A DNA stretch of 64,000 nucleotides from contig CAWCLH010000020.1 in assembly GCA_963796315.1 (NCBI GenBank), forward strand, positions 1,121,879-1,185,878, given 5' to 3'. A model generated the notes under the pieces. It did no database searches. It had not been told where the DNA came from and worked only from the letters and a program-made list of their open reading frames with translations. Numbering within the stretch: position 1 is the stretch's first letter; every line of letters starts with the position of its first letter. Below, one piece after another: positions 44,527 to 52,990 of this stretch. Origin of the DNA: an uncultured Actinomycetota bacterium. GTDB taxonomy: Bacteria; Actinomycetota; Thermoleophilia; RBG-16-64-13. The translations under genes were made by a program, and so were the position numbers.

Positions 44527-44973
44527 CTACTTGCCGGTCGACGTGCCCGTCGGCGCCTCGGACTTCGCCTTCGCCTCGTACTTGGACGGGCACTTGGCGA
44601 GCAGATCGACCGAGCTGAACTGCTTGCTCTGCAGGTAGTCACCGGTCACGACCACCTCGGGGGCGGGCTCGTCGGCACGCGGCTCCCGGAAGGTGTCGGG
44701 CACCGGGCCGGTGTGCGACACGAGCAGGACCTTATTCGGGGAAGCCTTGTCGTGGATCTGGAAGGTGATGGGCTGGCCCACGCCGCCCTTCTTGATACTG
44801 CCGACGACCAGGTCCCCAGAGACCTTGACGTTCTGGGACGGGCCCTTGGCCTGAAGCTCGGTGACGGTGTAGTAGTAGACCATGTTCCCCCGCACCGCGT
44901 AGAACGCGAGGGAGGCGATGGCGGCCACGATCACCAGGCCGCCGATCACGAACTTCAGCTTCTTGTTGCCCAT
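44527..44973 (-). CDS. ccmE: Haem chaperone CcmE, Cys-type (CxxxY) variant
   Basis: ATG 44973 follows GGAGGAAGG. TM anchor, and VDLLAKCPSKYEAK where canonical CcmE has HxxxY. Confidence 0.85.
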   Translation of the reverse strand: MGNKKLKFVIGGLVIVAAIASLAFYAVRGNMVYYYTVTELQAKGPSQNVKVSGDLVVGSIKKGGVGQPITFQIHDKASPNKVLLVSHTGPVPDTFREPRADEPAPEVVVTGDYLQSKQFSSVDLLAKCPSKYEAKAKSEAPTGTSTGK

Positions 44974-45025
44974 ATGCGCCTGTCCTTCCTCCATGGATCC
45001 TCCGACCCGCATCGACCGTACAGGA

Positions 45026-45502
45026 TCAGTACAGCAGTCGCTCGAGGCCCGTCCCACTCATCACCCGGTTGGTCACTTTCTCCGGGAACAGTTTTTCCGG
45101 GCATTTTACCAAAATCTGCGTAGCCTCGAAGACGCCGCCCTTGCCCGTGGAGCCCGTCACCACCACCTCTTGGAAGGGAGCGAGGCGTTCGGGGTAGGGC
45201 CCGGTGTAGACGACGTCCATGCGGCCGCCCTTCGATCCCTCGAGGACGAAGCGGACCTCCTGCGTCGACGGGTCCTGGTTCAGGCTGCTCTCGGCCACCC
45301 GGCCGCCGACCCGGACATTGGACAGCGTACCGGCCGCCTTGGCCTCGTCGACGGTCTGGTAGAAGTCTCCACCGACGGTCAGGAAGAGCACCAGCCAGAG
45401 CAGGGCCAGCACGATGACCACGATACCGACGATCAGCTTCCACCTGCGCCACCAGGGGGTCGAGACGGGGGGCTGCAGGTCCTGGGTCTCGGTCACCGTC
45501 AC
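45026..45502 (-). CDS. Second CcmE-like paralog (C-P-E-K-L, no Tyr at +4)
   Basis: GTG 45502 follows AGGAG. TM WKLIVGIVVIVLALLWLVLFL. FYQTVDEA, and TQILVKCPEKLFPEK at the haem-binding position. Confidence 0.7.
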   Translation of the reverse strand: MTVTETQDLQPPVSTPWWRRWKLIVGIVVIVLALLWLVLFLTVGGDFYQTVDEAKAAGTLSNVRVGGRVAESSLNQDPSTQEVRFVLEGSKGGRMDVVYTGPYPERLAPFQEVVVTGSTGKGGVFEATQILVKCPEKLFPEKVTNRVMSGTGLERLLY

Positions 45503-45507
45503 TCCTG

Positions 45508-46182
45508 TCAGTCGGCTTTCGCGGCTTGGAGACCGCTCTCGACCAGCTCTCGCAGGCCGGCATCTCCTAGGCCCGGCTCGATGGCGAGCCAGTACAGGTC
45601 CCTGCCGACGCGGAAGTAGTAGTGCTTCTGCCCCATGCCGTCCAAAGCCTGGACCTCGACGCCCTGCGCCGTCATCGTCTGCGGGTGTGTGAAGGGCGAC
45701 GTGCCGGCGGCGATCTTGGTCTTCATGCGCTCCATAAGGGCTTCGGCATCCTGGAGCCTCACCGATCGGCTGACCCACAGGGTCGCAGCCCCGCCGGTGC
45801 CGTAGGTGGCCAGCCAGGCCTCGTCCAGCCCGGCGCCCAACCCCTTGCCGTGGAGTTGCTCCACCTGGATGATGGCCTGCTCGCCGTCCAGGTACTCGCT
45901 CAAGGACAGTCCCGCGATGGTTCTGGGCACCGTCGCCGCCACCCCCGCCACCGGCGGCTGGATGGTACTCGGGCTGCCCGCCGGGTCGCCGAGCGTGGAG
46001 GTCGTCCCGGAGGCAGCGGTCTGCACAGCCGCCGGGGGAGCGTCCGCCGTCTGACCGCACCCCAACAGCACCAGGGCCAGGACCAGGAGGAGCACGGACG
46101 CCCCGACCCGCACCGGCGCCGCGAAGACCGAGGCGGCGATCCGCCCTCTCCACTGTCCGCCTCCTGCCCGCATGTGGGTCAC
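45508..46182 (-). CDS. Uncharacterised lipoprotein, first gene of the ccm operon
   Basis: 224 aa with lipobox LVLLGCGQ. No family recognised. 5 nt upstream of the second ccmE. Confidence 0.65.
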   Translation of the reverse strand: MTHMRAGGGQWRGRIAASVFAAPVRVGASVLLLVLALVLLGCGQTADAPPAAVQTAASGTTSTLGDPAGSPSTIQPPVAGVAATVPRTIAGLSLSEYLDGEQAIIQVEQLHGKGLGAGLDEAWLATYGTGGAATLWVSRSVRLQDAEALMERMKTKIAAGTSPFTHPQTMTAQGVEVQALDGMGQKHYYFRVGRDLYWLAIEPGLGDAGLRELVESGLQAAKAD

Positions 46183-46263
46183 CTCGACCTCGTCATCGAC
46201 TCCAGCCGGACCGGCTGGAGAAGCTCCGCTTGTGAAAGCCGTCGCGTAGTGGCGAGCGGATTT

Positions 46264-46280
46264 TACTACTCCGCGTAGTA
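46264..46280. promoter_or_regulatory. BlaI-box-like dyad TACTAC-TCCGC-GTAGTA
   Basis: Perfect 6+6 inverted repeat in the 165-bp gap, 82 bp upstream of the lipoprotein/ccm operon start (46182). Confidence 0.6.
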
Positions 46281-46347
46281 GGCGTCAACGTCGAGCGGGC
46301 GGAACGTCGAGCGGCGCCGTCCTGGCCGCCGCTCGACCGGGACCCGC

Positions 46348-47439
46348 CTACTCGCGCTCCTGTCCGCACTGGGGGCAGAACCGGTCGTTCTTCGTCAGCT
46401 TCGCCCCGCAATTCGTGCAGAAGCGCTGCGGCCCGGTGGCCGGCGCGGCGGCTTTGCCTTTCCTCGCCGTCGACGCGGCCTTGCTCGACCCCGTCCGGGA
46501 CCCTCCACCGGTGGCACGGCCTCCGCCGGCCACGGCCGGTGTCCGGCGATTGCTGATCATACGATAGGCGACGAAACCCGCGACACCCACGACCATGGCG
46601 ATGAGCAACCAGACCAGGTAGTTCTGGCTCGCCTGAGTCTGGGGGCTGTCGGTCGCGCTGGACTTGGTGGGGTTCGCGTCGGGCTTGTTGTAGGCGACCT
46701 GCACCCGGGCATGTTCGCCCGGTGTGACCTTGGCGGCGGTGGTCGTGAAGACCGTGAGGCCTTCCGCATCCGGTGAGGACTGCCCGAACGGAGGGGTCAG
46801 CACGAAGTCGGTGGCACGCGCAGGCTGCTGGACGGCCACCGTCAGCGTGTCGAGCGCGGCGGGCGCCTCGTAGTCGGCGACGAAGGAGCGGGCCCCCGTC
46901 GGGTCGAGGCCGCTCGGCTTGTAGTAGTACTCGATGTGCACCGGTTGATCTCGGGGCACCTGCGCCGACACCAGGTCCCACTCGGTCCCTGGAGTGACCT
47001 GCGGCGTCGGGCGGTTGTAGTCGAAGTTGCCCTGGGAGTCCAGGAGGGCGTAGCCGGTCAGCCGGGCATTGTGAGGGATGCGGAACTGGTAGTTCAGCGG
47101 GAGCTTCACGCCCTGTGGCAGCTGGTAGTTGATGATGACCAGCACTTCGCCGTCCGGAGTGTCGTACTCGGGCAGGAACTGGACGCTCGCATCGGGGAAG
47201 GTCAGGCCGGGATTGAGCTCCTTGAAGTCCGCGGACTTGGGCGAGATCAGCGAGCCGGCCGCCGCCACCGTGGTAGGGGTCGTACCGGTGGCCTCGGTGG
47301 TGCTGGATGGCGTCAGGGGCACGCCGAGCTGCGTGGTCGGCGTCGTCTGCGCCAAGGCCGCAGGCGCCATCATCAGCATCAGAAGGCCGACGAGGACTGC
47401 CAACAGTGGCCATCGCAACGAGGTCATGGCGCTTGTCAT
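46348..47439 (-). CDS. Secreted-domain / single-TM / cytoplasmic zinc-ribbon protein (uncharacterised)
   Basis: ATG 47439. Signal peptide LLAVLVGLLMLMMAPAALAQ. TM YLVWLLIAMVVGVAGFVAY. C-terminal FCTNCGAKLTKNDRFCPQCG. Confidence 0.65.
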   Translation of the reverse strand: MTSAMTSLRWPLLAVLVGLLMLMMAPAALAQTTPTTQLGVPLTPSSTTEATGTTPTTVAAAGSLISPKSADFKELNPGLTFPDASVQFLPEYDTPDGEVLVIINYQLPQGVKLPLNYQFRIPHNARLTGYALLDSQGNFDYNRPTPQVTPGTEWDLVSAQVPRDQPVHIEYYYKPSGLDPTGARSFVADYEAPAALDTLTVAVQQPARATDFVLTPPFGQSSPDAEGLTVFTTTAAKVTPGEHARVQVAYNKPDANPTKSSATDSPQTQASQNYLVWLLIAMVVGVAGFVAYRMISNRRTPAVAGGGRATGGGSRTGSSKAASTARKGKAAAPATGPQRFCTNCGAKLTKNDRFCPQCGQERE

Positions 47440-47455
47440 CGGGTCGTACGCTCCC

Positions 47456-48328
47456 TTATCGAGATGTCTTCTTGCCACGGCGAACAGGGGAGGCTGGGCT
47501 CTTGACCGCGCCTCCGCTCTTGGTGCTGCTTCGCTGCCTTCTTCTGTCGGTGGGGGCCTGCTTCCCCGGCCTCCGTGCCGGCGAGGAGGCAAGAGCCACG
47601 GGCGAGCGTTCCAGCCGCCAGATGAGGATGCCTCCGACGATGATCAATCCGATGCTGATCCATTGCTGCTGGGTCATCCCCAGCAGCACGGGGACGTTCG
47701 TCCGTACGAACTCCACGAGGAAGCGCTCGATCCCGGCCAGGACCAGGTAGACCGCGAAGAGCGAACCGCGACCCCGAAGCCGGGGCGCGAACACGTAGAT
47801 CAGCAGGAAGAAGATGCCGAGCGAGAGGATGACCTCGTACAGTTGCGTGGGGTGGACCACCACGGTGGTCGGCGGCTCCCCCTGGGGGAAGGACATCCCC
47901 CAGGGCAGGTTCGTCGGCTTGCCGTAGTCGTCGCCGTTGAGGAAGCAGCCGATCCGGCCCACGGCATAGCCCATCGCCAGAGCGGGCGCGACCACGTCGG
48001 CGGTCGTGGCTATGCGGAGTCTGGACAGCCGCGCCGCGATGATCACTCCCAGCGTGCCGCCGAAGAGCCCGCCGTACCACACCAGCCCGCTCCCGTTGAA
48101 GGCGGCGACGCGGAACTGATCCGGGTGGAGGATCAGGTAGTGGAGCTTCGCCCCGACCACCCCGCCCACGATGGCGCCGATCAACAGGTTGTAGACCAGT
48201 TCCGGGTTCTCGCCCAGCCGTCGCAGACGCCACCACGCGACGATGCCGGCCGCGACGAAGGCAAGGGCCATCATGACCCCGAATGAACGGACCGTCACCG
48301 GCCCAAAGTGGAAGAGCACCGGATGCAT
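47456..48328 (-). CDS. lgt: Prolipoprotein diacylglyceryl transferase
   Basis: 290 aa with GPVTVRSFGVMMALAF, WYGGLFGG and GRIGCFLNGDDYGKPT. Confidence 0.9.
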   Translation of the reverse strand: MHPVLFHFGPVTVRSFGVMMALAFVAAGIVAWWRLRRLGENPELVYNLLIGAIVGGVVGAKLHYLILHPDQFRVAAFNGSGLVWYGGLFGGTLGVIIAARLSRLRIATTADVVAPALAMGYAVGRIGCFLNGDDYGKPTNLPWGMSFPQGEPPTTVVVHPTQLYEVILSLGIFFLLIYVFAPRLRGRGSLFAVYLVLAGIERFLVEFVRTNVPVLLGMTQQQWISIGLIIVGGILIWRLERSPVALASSPARRPGKQAPTDRRRQRSSTKSGGAVKSPASPVRRGKKTSR

Positions 48329-48382
48329 GGGGATGAGGAGGTCCCGGCCCGCTTCAGCGGGCCGGGACCTCCGATCGTTCCT

Positions 48383-49069
48383 TTACTGAGTGGTCGTCGG
48401 GGTGGTGGCGCCGTGCGGGTTCGATCCGGTGGAACCACCGGAACTCGGGTTGTCCATCAGGCTGATGAACTGCGCCGCCAGCGAGCCCAGCTCGCTCTTG
48501 GGATCGATAGCCGCGACCTTCTCCCACGTCGCCTTCGCCTTGTCGCGCTCGTTCGTGGAGAAGTACACGATGGCCAGGCTGTACAGAGCGGCCTGGTTCT
48601 TGGGATCCTGCTGGCTCAGCGCCAGCAGTTGCTTCTCGGCTTCAGCGCTCTTGCCCGCGTTGAAGTCGAGCATCGCCAGCCCCACCTTGGCATCGACGTT
48701 CTTCGCGTCGACCGCCAGAGCTTCATTGAACTTCTTCGAGGCGTCGGCCGTCCGGTTGGCTTCCACGTAGGCTTGGCCGAGACTCAAGAGGGTGGCGACG
48801 TCCTTGGGGTTCTTCTTGTAGGCGGCCTCGAGGGTCTTCAGCGCCTCGGTGTTCGCCGGTGCCGCAGTCGCCGTGGTCTCTCCGCTGATGGGGACATGAC
48901 CGGGCGGGACGGTCGCATCGGGCGAGATGGGAGGAGCGGATGCCGACGAATTGGTACCCGCGGCGACGTCAGTGCTATTGCCGTTGTTGTTGTTGCTGCT
49001 CAACACCACGATGAGCACGACGACCACCACCGCGGCGACGCCGATAGCGATCAGGTTCTTCCTATTCAT
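48383..49069 (-). CDS. Membrane-anchored TPR-repeat protein (NrfG/CcmI C-terminal-like)
   Basis: ATG 49069 follows GGAGGAAAGG. One TM, then TPR-like LSLGQAYVEANRTADASKKFNEALAVDAKN and LYSLAIVYFSTNERDKAKATWEK. Confidence 0.65.
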   Translation of the reverse strand: MNRKNLIAIGVAAVVVVVLIVVLSSNNNNGNSTDVAAGTNSSASAPPISPDATVPPGHVPISGETTATAAPANTEALKTLEAAYKKNPKDVATLLSLGQAYVEANRTADASKKFNEALAVDAKNVDAKVGLAMLDFNAGKSAEAEKQLLALSQQDPKNQAALYSLAIVYFSTNERDKAKATWEKVAAIDPKSELGSLAAQFISLMDNPSSGGSTGSNPHGATTPTTTQ

Positions 49070-49270
49070 GCGGGCTTGTTCCTTTCCTCCACGACGAGGC
49101 TTGTGAAGCGGGGTACGAGACGCCGGGAATGCTACCTGATGCGACGTCTGCTGCCAAGAGAACCCCATGCCCCGGCACGCGTGCCGCGCCGCTTCCCTGC
49201 GGCCTTCGTTCGGACGCGGGAAAGGCGGGACGAGTTCCCGACGTCGGGACGTCTCACACCGCGTATACTC

Positions 49271-49286
49271 CTACCCCCCGGGGTAT
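49271..49286. promoter_or_regulatory. CsoR-operator-like box CTACCCCCCGGGGTAT
   Basis: C/G-tract dyad 66 bp upstream of the ferredoxin start and ~200 bp upstream of the TPR gene start. Confidence 0.4.
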
Positions 49287-49314
49287 GCAATGGGCTTCAC
49301 GGCCGGAGTGGAGC

Positions 49315-49344
49315 CCACCCGATGAGGGGCGCCACCCGATGAGG
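49315..49344 (+). repeat. 17-bp tandem duplication (CCACCCGATGAGG twice)
   Basis: Copies at 49315-49327 and 49332-49344, immediately upstream of the ferredoxin GTG (49352). Each copy carries ATGAGG. Confidence 0.7.
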
Positions 49345-49351
49345 AGGGTCC

Positions 49352-49546
49352 GTGAAGGTCGCGCAGGTCGATTTCGAGAAGTGTCAGGCGTGTAGGGAAT
49401 GTCCGCCCAAGAAGGCCTGCCGCACCAAGGCACTCATCAAGATGGGGCCTGACGAGGAAGCCATCGTCAAACCGTCGGACTGCATGGGCTGCGGCGACTG
49501 CGTCGAACCTTGCCCCTACGGCGCCGTCAGCATCAAGGAGAGCTAG
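49352..49546 (+). CDS. Small 4Fe-4S ferredoxin
   Basis: 64 aa with CQACRECPPKKAC and CMGCGDCVEPCP. Confidence 0.8.
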   Translation: MKVAQVDFEKCQACRECPPKKACRTKALIKMGPDEEAIVKPSDCMGCGDCVEPCPYGAVSIKES

Positions 49547-51236
49547 ACCCTCCCTTCGCCGGCGATCGTCGGGACACGCCGTCGCGCCGTCGGGAAGTGT
49601 CGCGGCCCGCGGCGGACGCGAGGATCAACTCCAGCAGTCTGGATTCGTCCACGCGGCCCGGTTCCGCCGGGACTCCATCCACCACCACCAGCGGCACCTG
49701 GCCGACCTGATAGCGCTGCACCAGCTCCGGGAAATCAGACGCCGCCACCATGTCGACGGTGATCTTCGGCGAGGCCAAAGAGAACTGGTGAGCCAAGCGC
49801 ACCACCCCGGGGCAGACCGGGCAGGTGGACGTGGTCAGCACTTCCAGGCGCACCGGCACCCGAAGCCGCGACAACGCGCTGCGAGTCTCGTCGGACACCT
49901 CGCCGGGCGCCTCGGCAGACAGATCGACCAAAGCGTCGACCAGGGGGCCGAACTCATAGCCTTCCGGCACTCCGAAGAAGCGGAGGCGAGCAGCCTCACC
50001 CGGACGCGCCGCCAACGTGGCCGGGATGCGCTCGACCCCGAGCTCCTCCGCGAGCTCCTTCTCCGTCAGCATGTCGTGCACGTCCAGCTCCAGCTTGGCC
50101 GACAACGAGGCGAGGTCCTCGACCAGCTGCCGAGCCTCCCGGCACGCTTCCGTCGGGAGCGAGCGTCCGGTGCCGGCCAGCTGGGTCAGATGGACGAGGC
50201 GCACCGGTCCCGCCAGCTTCTCCTCGAAGAGCGCGCTGAGCTCCTTCTTGTCCTCATCGGCCAACGCCTGCGGTGCGGCCCGACCGCCGGACGCAGCCGT
50301 TCGCTCGGCAGTACCGGAAGAAGCCGTCCCCCGGACGGCCGGCCTCAACAGCTGGAGCGCCTGGAACGCGGCGATCTGGCCCTGCCCCACCGCCTTGGCG
50401 ATCTGGTAGGGCTCGCCCGTGGCATCGCCGGCGGCCAGCACGCCGGGCACCGAGGTCTGCAGGGAGGCGTCGACGACGATATGTCCGCCCTCCACCTCCA
50501 AGCCCTCCAGCAGGTCGTGAGGGGCGACGCTGCGCCGGTAGACGAAGACTCCGTCGACGACCACCTCTTCGTCGGGATGGAGCACGTGGACCTTCCCGGA
50601 CTCGTCCCGGAAGAGCCGGCCGGGACGCTTCCGCGCCAGCACCCGCACGCCGGCCGGCAGGTGGTAGGGGCCGCCGTAGAGGGGAAGGTAGACCAGGGAT
50701 GAGGCGAAGTCCTGGGCCAACACCGTGGCCTCCTCCTCCCCTTCCTCCAAGTAGCTGATGAAGGCCAGGTCCTTTCCGGCGAACAGACGGCCGTCGCAGC
50801 TGACACAGTAGGCCACGCCCCGGCCGACCAGCTCGTCCTCACCCTCCAGGTCCGGCTCCCGATAGAGCCCGTTCGCCAGGATGACCACTTTGGCTTCGTA
50901 CATGTCCTTGTCGGTGAAGAGGACCAGTCGGTCGTCCTCCCGGTAGATCTTCGAGACCTTCTCCCGCAGCAGGGGCACGTTGAACCGCTCGAGATGCTCG
51001 ATGAAGGCGGACGCGAGCCCCTCCCCGCTCGTGAAAGTGAACCCGGGATAGTTGGGGACCTTGGGCGCCTTCCGCGTGTACGAGAACGGGCGCTGCCCGT
51101 CCATCACCACCACGCTCTTCTTCCGGTTGGCCAGATTGATGGCGGCGGAGATGCCGGCCGGCCCCGCACCGACCACCACCACCTCGTAGTGGGAGGACTT
51201 CTCGGCGGGATCGGCGCCGGTATTGGGATCGCTCAC
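49533..51236 (-). CDS. Thioredoxin-reductase-like flavoprotein fused to a PDO/glutaredoxin-like double thioredoxin-fold domain
   Basis: GTG 51236 follows GGGAGG. VVVVGAGPAGISAA, redox CVSC, AAGDATGEP. The second dinucleotide motif reads LAFISYLEEGEEEA instead of GGGxSAxEEA. C-terminal TSTCPVCPGVVRLAH...GQVPLVVVDG. Confidence 0.75.
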   Translation of the reverse strand: MSDPNTGADPAEKSSHYEVVVVGAGPAGISAAINLANRKKSVVVMDGQRPFSYTRKAPKVPNYPGFTFTSGEGLASAFIEHLERFNVPLLREKVSKIYREDDRLVLFTDKDMYEAKVVILANGLYREPDLEGEDELVGRGVAYCVSCDGRLFAGKDLAFISYLEEGEEEATVLAQDFASSLVYLPLYGGPYHLPAGVRVLARKRPGRLFRDESGKVHVLHPDEEVVVDGVFVYRRSVAPHDLLEGLEVEGGHIVVDASLQTSVPGVLAAGDATGEPYQIAKAVGQGQIAAFQALQLLRPAVRGTASSGTAERTAASGGRAAPQALADEDKKELSALFEEKLAGPVRLVHLTQLAGTGRSLPTEACREARQLVEDLASLSAKLELDVHDMLTEKELAEELGVERIPATLAARPGEAARLRFFGVPEGYEFGPLVDALVDLSAEAPGEVSDETRSALSRLRVPVRLEVLTTSTCPVCPGVVRLAHQFSLASPKITVDMVAASDFPELVQRYQVGQVPLVVVDGVPAEPGRVDESRLLELILASAAGRDTSRRRDGVSRRSPAKGGSSSP

Positions 51237-51416
51237 GACGACCTCCCATGGAGCGACACGGACCGGGTGACCTCGGCACAGACCTCGCGCACACGGCAGC
51301 ACCGGTCCTGAACAGACGATGGGGCGTCGCCCCTTCGAGCGACGCCCCATGACTGTACCCACTTTCGAGCCAACTAACGGCCGACCCTCCGCTGCCCTCA
51401 GACGGCTCGTCCGGCG

Positions 51417-51965
51417 TCAGGCATCGAACGAGTCGAGTTCCTCCTGCACGCGGCGACGGTACTCCGAGTCCGGCGCGTCGGGCCCGGACGAAGGAGTGGC
51501 AACCGGCACCGGCGTGGACGAGGCGGGGCCGCGCCAGCGCCTGATGGCCACCAGCACCACGCCTCCCGCCAGCGCTACGCCCACCGGGGGAAGCACGTAG
51601 GCCAGCCAGTTGAATCCGCTGGCCCGGGGCTTGGTCAGGATCTTCTGCCCGTACTGGGCGATGAAGACGTCCAGCACCTGCTGCTCCGTGTTGCCCTGAG
51701 CAAGCAGGCTACGGACCTGTGCCTTGGCCAGGACGACCTCCTCGCTGAGGTGAGCGTCGGACAGCGGCTGCGTCCAACAGCAGGGGCCCATCAGCTTGGT
51801 CTCGAGCCTCTTCGCTGTCGCTTCTTGCTCCGGCGACAGGGCTACGTCCACCGCCTCCTGCGCGGCGGCCGGAGCCGCCGCCACCAGGCTCGCGAACAGG
51901 ATCAAGCACAGGACGAAGATGCCCCGAGGTCTCACGGCGCCCAACGGGCGCCCTAGTGCGCTCAA
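51417..51965 (-). CDS. CcmH/NrfF-like protein with a vicinal Cys pair
   Basis: 182 aa with signal peptide and LMGPCCWTQPLSDAHLSEEV where CcmH has LRCxxCQxQSxxDS. C-terminal TM WLAYVLPPVGVALAGGVVLVAI. Confidence 0.65.
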   Translation of the reverse strand: MSALGRPLGAVRPRGIFVLCLILFASLVAAAPAAAQEAVDVALSPEQEATAKRLETKLMGPCCWTQPLSDAHLSEEVVLAKAQVRSLLAQGNTEQQVLDVFIAQYGQKILTKPRASGFNWLAYVLPPVGVALAGGVVLVAIRRWRGPASSTPVPVATPSSGPDAPDSEYRRRVQEELDSFDA

Positions 51966-52168
51966 CCGAAGCTCCCGGTATGGCCGCAGCCCGCCGGAGC
52001 GGACGAGCCGCCCCCGGCCGTGGAGCCACAGAGAAACCCGGTGTACCGCTGCTCGACGTCACGGCTACCGCACTCGGGGCAGACCTTCTGGTCGTCTTTC
52101 AGGAAACCCTGGACGAAGAGCTCGAAGTCCTGCCCGCATGCATCGCAACGCAGATCGTAGGAGGCCAT
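51962..52168 (-). CDS. FmdB-family zinc-ribbon protein
   Basis: 68 aa starting MASYDLRCDACGQDFELFV...VCPECGS. Confidence 0.75.
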   Translation of the reverse strand: MASYDLRCDACGQDFELFVQGFLKDDQKVCPECGSRDVEQRYTGFLCGSTAGGGSSAPAGCGHTGSFG

Positions 52169-52497
52169 CAGTCAACCACTCCCAGCTGTCGCAGTTCGTT
52201 GACGATCCAGGCGAACGAGAGCACGGGCGGGTGCTTCAGCGTGTCGCCGGAGAGCACCATGGGCACGGGGCTGCCCGCCTCGATCGCCTCACGGAGCACA
52301 GGATAGTCCGCCAACTCGGGGCTGGCCACGTCGAGATAGGTGACGCCGACACCCTCGCCGTAGTCCTGCTCCAGGTAGCGGTTGATGTAGCCGACCGTCT
52401 CCTCCAGAGACAGAGGGGGCGCTCAACCACCGCCGCGGCAGGCGTCGAACACGCGCGACCCGACCACGATCAGCTCTTTCGTCGTGACATTCTCCAT
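52168..52497 (-). CDS. Small (109 aa) thioredoxin-fold-like ORF with in-frame TGA (52423-52425): candidate selenoprotein, C20-x4-U25
   Basis: ATG 52497 lies 9 nt after GGAGG. MENVTTKELIVVGSRVFDACRGGG-TGA-APPLSLEETVGYINRYLEQDYGEGVGVTYLDVASPELADYPVLREAIEAGSPVPMVLSGDTL... in one frame. The stop overlaps the fmdB start (TGATG). No plausible start codon follows the TGA. Overall layout resembles YuzD/DUF1462 proteins. Confidence 0.6.
52395..52413 (-). promoter_or_regulatory. Candidate SECIS-like hairpin downstream of the UGA in the small ORF
   Basis: mRNA CUGUCUC-UGGAG-GAGACGG: 7-bp stem (one G.U) with a 5-nt loop, starting 9 nt after the UGA. Confidence 0.45.
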
Positions 52498-52514
52498 GCT
52501 GAACCCTCCTCGGC

Positions 52515-52841
52515 CTAGGCTAGGCCGAACTCTTTCTCGTAGTCCTTCTGGCTGCGCGCCCCGACGATCTGACTCTTGACCTTGCCGGCCTCGAACAGGA
52601 TGACCGTGGGAATGCTCATGATGCCGTAGCGAGCGGCGATCTCCTGATTCTCGTCGACGTTGAGCTTGGCGACCGTCACCTTCTCGTTGTGCTCTACGGC
52701 GAGCTTCTCGAGGACCGGACCTACCATTTTGCACGGGCCGCACCACGGCGCCCAGAAGTCGACCACCACAGGGCCCTCCGCCTGGATGACCTCTTTGTCG
52801 AATGACTGGCTGTCCAGATCCTGCACCATGCCACTACCCAT
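52515..52841 (-). CDS. trxA: Thioredoxin
   Basis: ATG 52841 follows [30 protein letters not shown]. Confidence 0.93.
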   Translation of the reverse strand: MGSGMVQDLDSQSFDKEVIQAEGPVVVDFWAPWCGPCKMVGPVLEKLAVEHNEKVTVAKLNVDENQEIAARYGIMSIPTVILFEAGKVKSQIVGARSQKDYEKEFGLA

Positions 52842-52974
52842 GACATCCTCTCCTTCTGCTGACGACTCCCTACGGTTTACCCAGCGGAACAGGCGGCTCC
52901 GCGCTCCACAGCCCACGCCCTCTGTATCGACCCTCGGGTCGCTCGGGCTCGGTTCCCGGACGATCGCATCGTTT

Positions 52975-52990
52975 ATACCTGCGGGGGTAT
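52975..52990. promoter_or_regulatory. CsoR-operator-like box ATACCTGCGGGGGTAT
   Basis: Lies in the divergent gap between the trxA operon (start 52841) and the DUF1405 gene (53078). Confidence 0.45.

Noticed and set aside
45026-46153. 375-aa minus-strand ORF
   Set aside because: Only the last 158 codons (from GTG 45502, after AGGAG) look like a CcmE-fold protein. The upstream part is an out-of-frame read across the lipoprotein gene (45508..46182).
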